Below, in pieces: positions 63,403 to 64,000 of a stretch of 64,000 nucleotides of DNA; position 1 is the stretch's first letter, and each line of letters opens with the position of its first letter. The translations under genes were made by a program, and so were the position numbers. Source of the stretch: Octopus bimaculoides (lineage: Eukaryota); assembly GCF_001194135.2 (NCBI RefSeq), contig NC_068981.1:128546327-128610326 (forward strand). The letters run 5' to 3'. Below the pieces are notes generated by a model. The model ran no database searches. It was not told the origin of the DNA and saw only the letters and a program-made list of their open reading frames with translations.

Positions 63403-64000
63403 TAGAAACTCTGCCAAAGGTTGTGCGTGAGAAGACCCGGCAAGCCAAGTGAGACCTAAATCTAAGGCTTCAGCCAGTCCACTTATGTGTACCTTCCTTC
63501 ATTGGACACTAAACTCCACTTGCGAAGACCTGTTGAGGCAAGTGAAATCAAAATCGATTTAAATTCGAGGACTGGCACCCATGCCAATGTCATCTCCTTC
63601 ATTGGACATGAAACTCAGCTTGCGAAGACTTATTGGGGCAAGCGAAAGCGAAATCGTGATGGCACCTGTGCCCAGCGTCACCTTTCTGGCACTTGTGCCC
63701 ACGGCATGTGTAAGGACTTTCGAGCGAGATCATTGCCAGTGCCCCTGGACTGGCTCTTGTGTGGGTGACACATAAAATACACCATTTTGAGCATGGCCGT
63801 TGCCAGTACCACCTGAATGGCCTTCGTGCGGATAACACGTAAAAGCACCCACTACACTCTCTGAGTGGTTGGCGTTAGGAAGGGCATCTAGCTGTAGAAA
63901 CTCTGCCAAATCAGATTGGAGCCTGGTGTAGCCATCTGGTTTCACCAGTCCTCAGTCAAATCGTCCAACCCATGCTAGCATGGAAAGCGGACGTTAAACG
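63403..64000 (+). mobile_element. Young RTE 3' end (runs off the window)
   Basis: gtgcgtgagaagacccggcaag..ccatgctagcatggaaagcggacgttaaacg. An inverted young copy lies at 60760-60931. Confidence 0.92.

Overview
AT-rich, microsatellite-dense animal genomic DNA from a draft assembly with 8 N-gaps. The repeat families look like those of octopus (inference from recognised SINE/RTE families, not a database hit). The only host gene I can support is MORN1 on the + strand. Five spliced, frame-consistent exons (23852-42485) give GFGTLTLKDGSYYKGNFYNGEIEG...GDWICDRRQGQG...GLWINGLPEKMATKL...EQGRQIEVLLAIK, one via a non-canonical GC donor. One further exon is a candidate; the 5' and 3' ends of the gene were not found. 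Everything else is intronic or flanking sequence packed with transposon fossils. Non-LTR elements: RTE, R4/Dong, CRE, L1/Tx1, CR1 and tRNA-derived SINEs. DNA elements: hAT, mariner, Tc1, piggyBac-like and Merlin-like elements, plus a Helitron. The most notable non-genic signals are five Penelope-type minimal hammerhead ribozyme motifs (one with an intact core, one inside a tRNA-headed SINE-like element), a telomere-repeat MITE nested in the Helitron, and a PHD finger inside an RTE ORF2. No prokaryotic systems, CRISPR arrays, rRNA or intact tRNA genes are supported. All alignments and family calls were made by eye.
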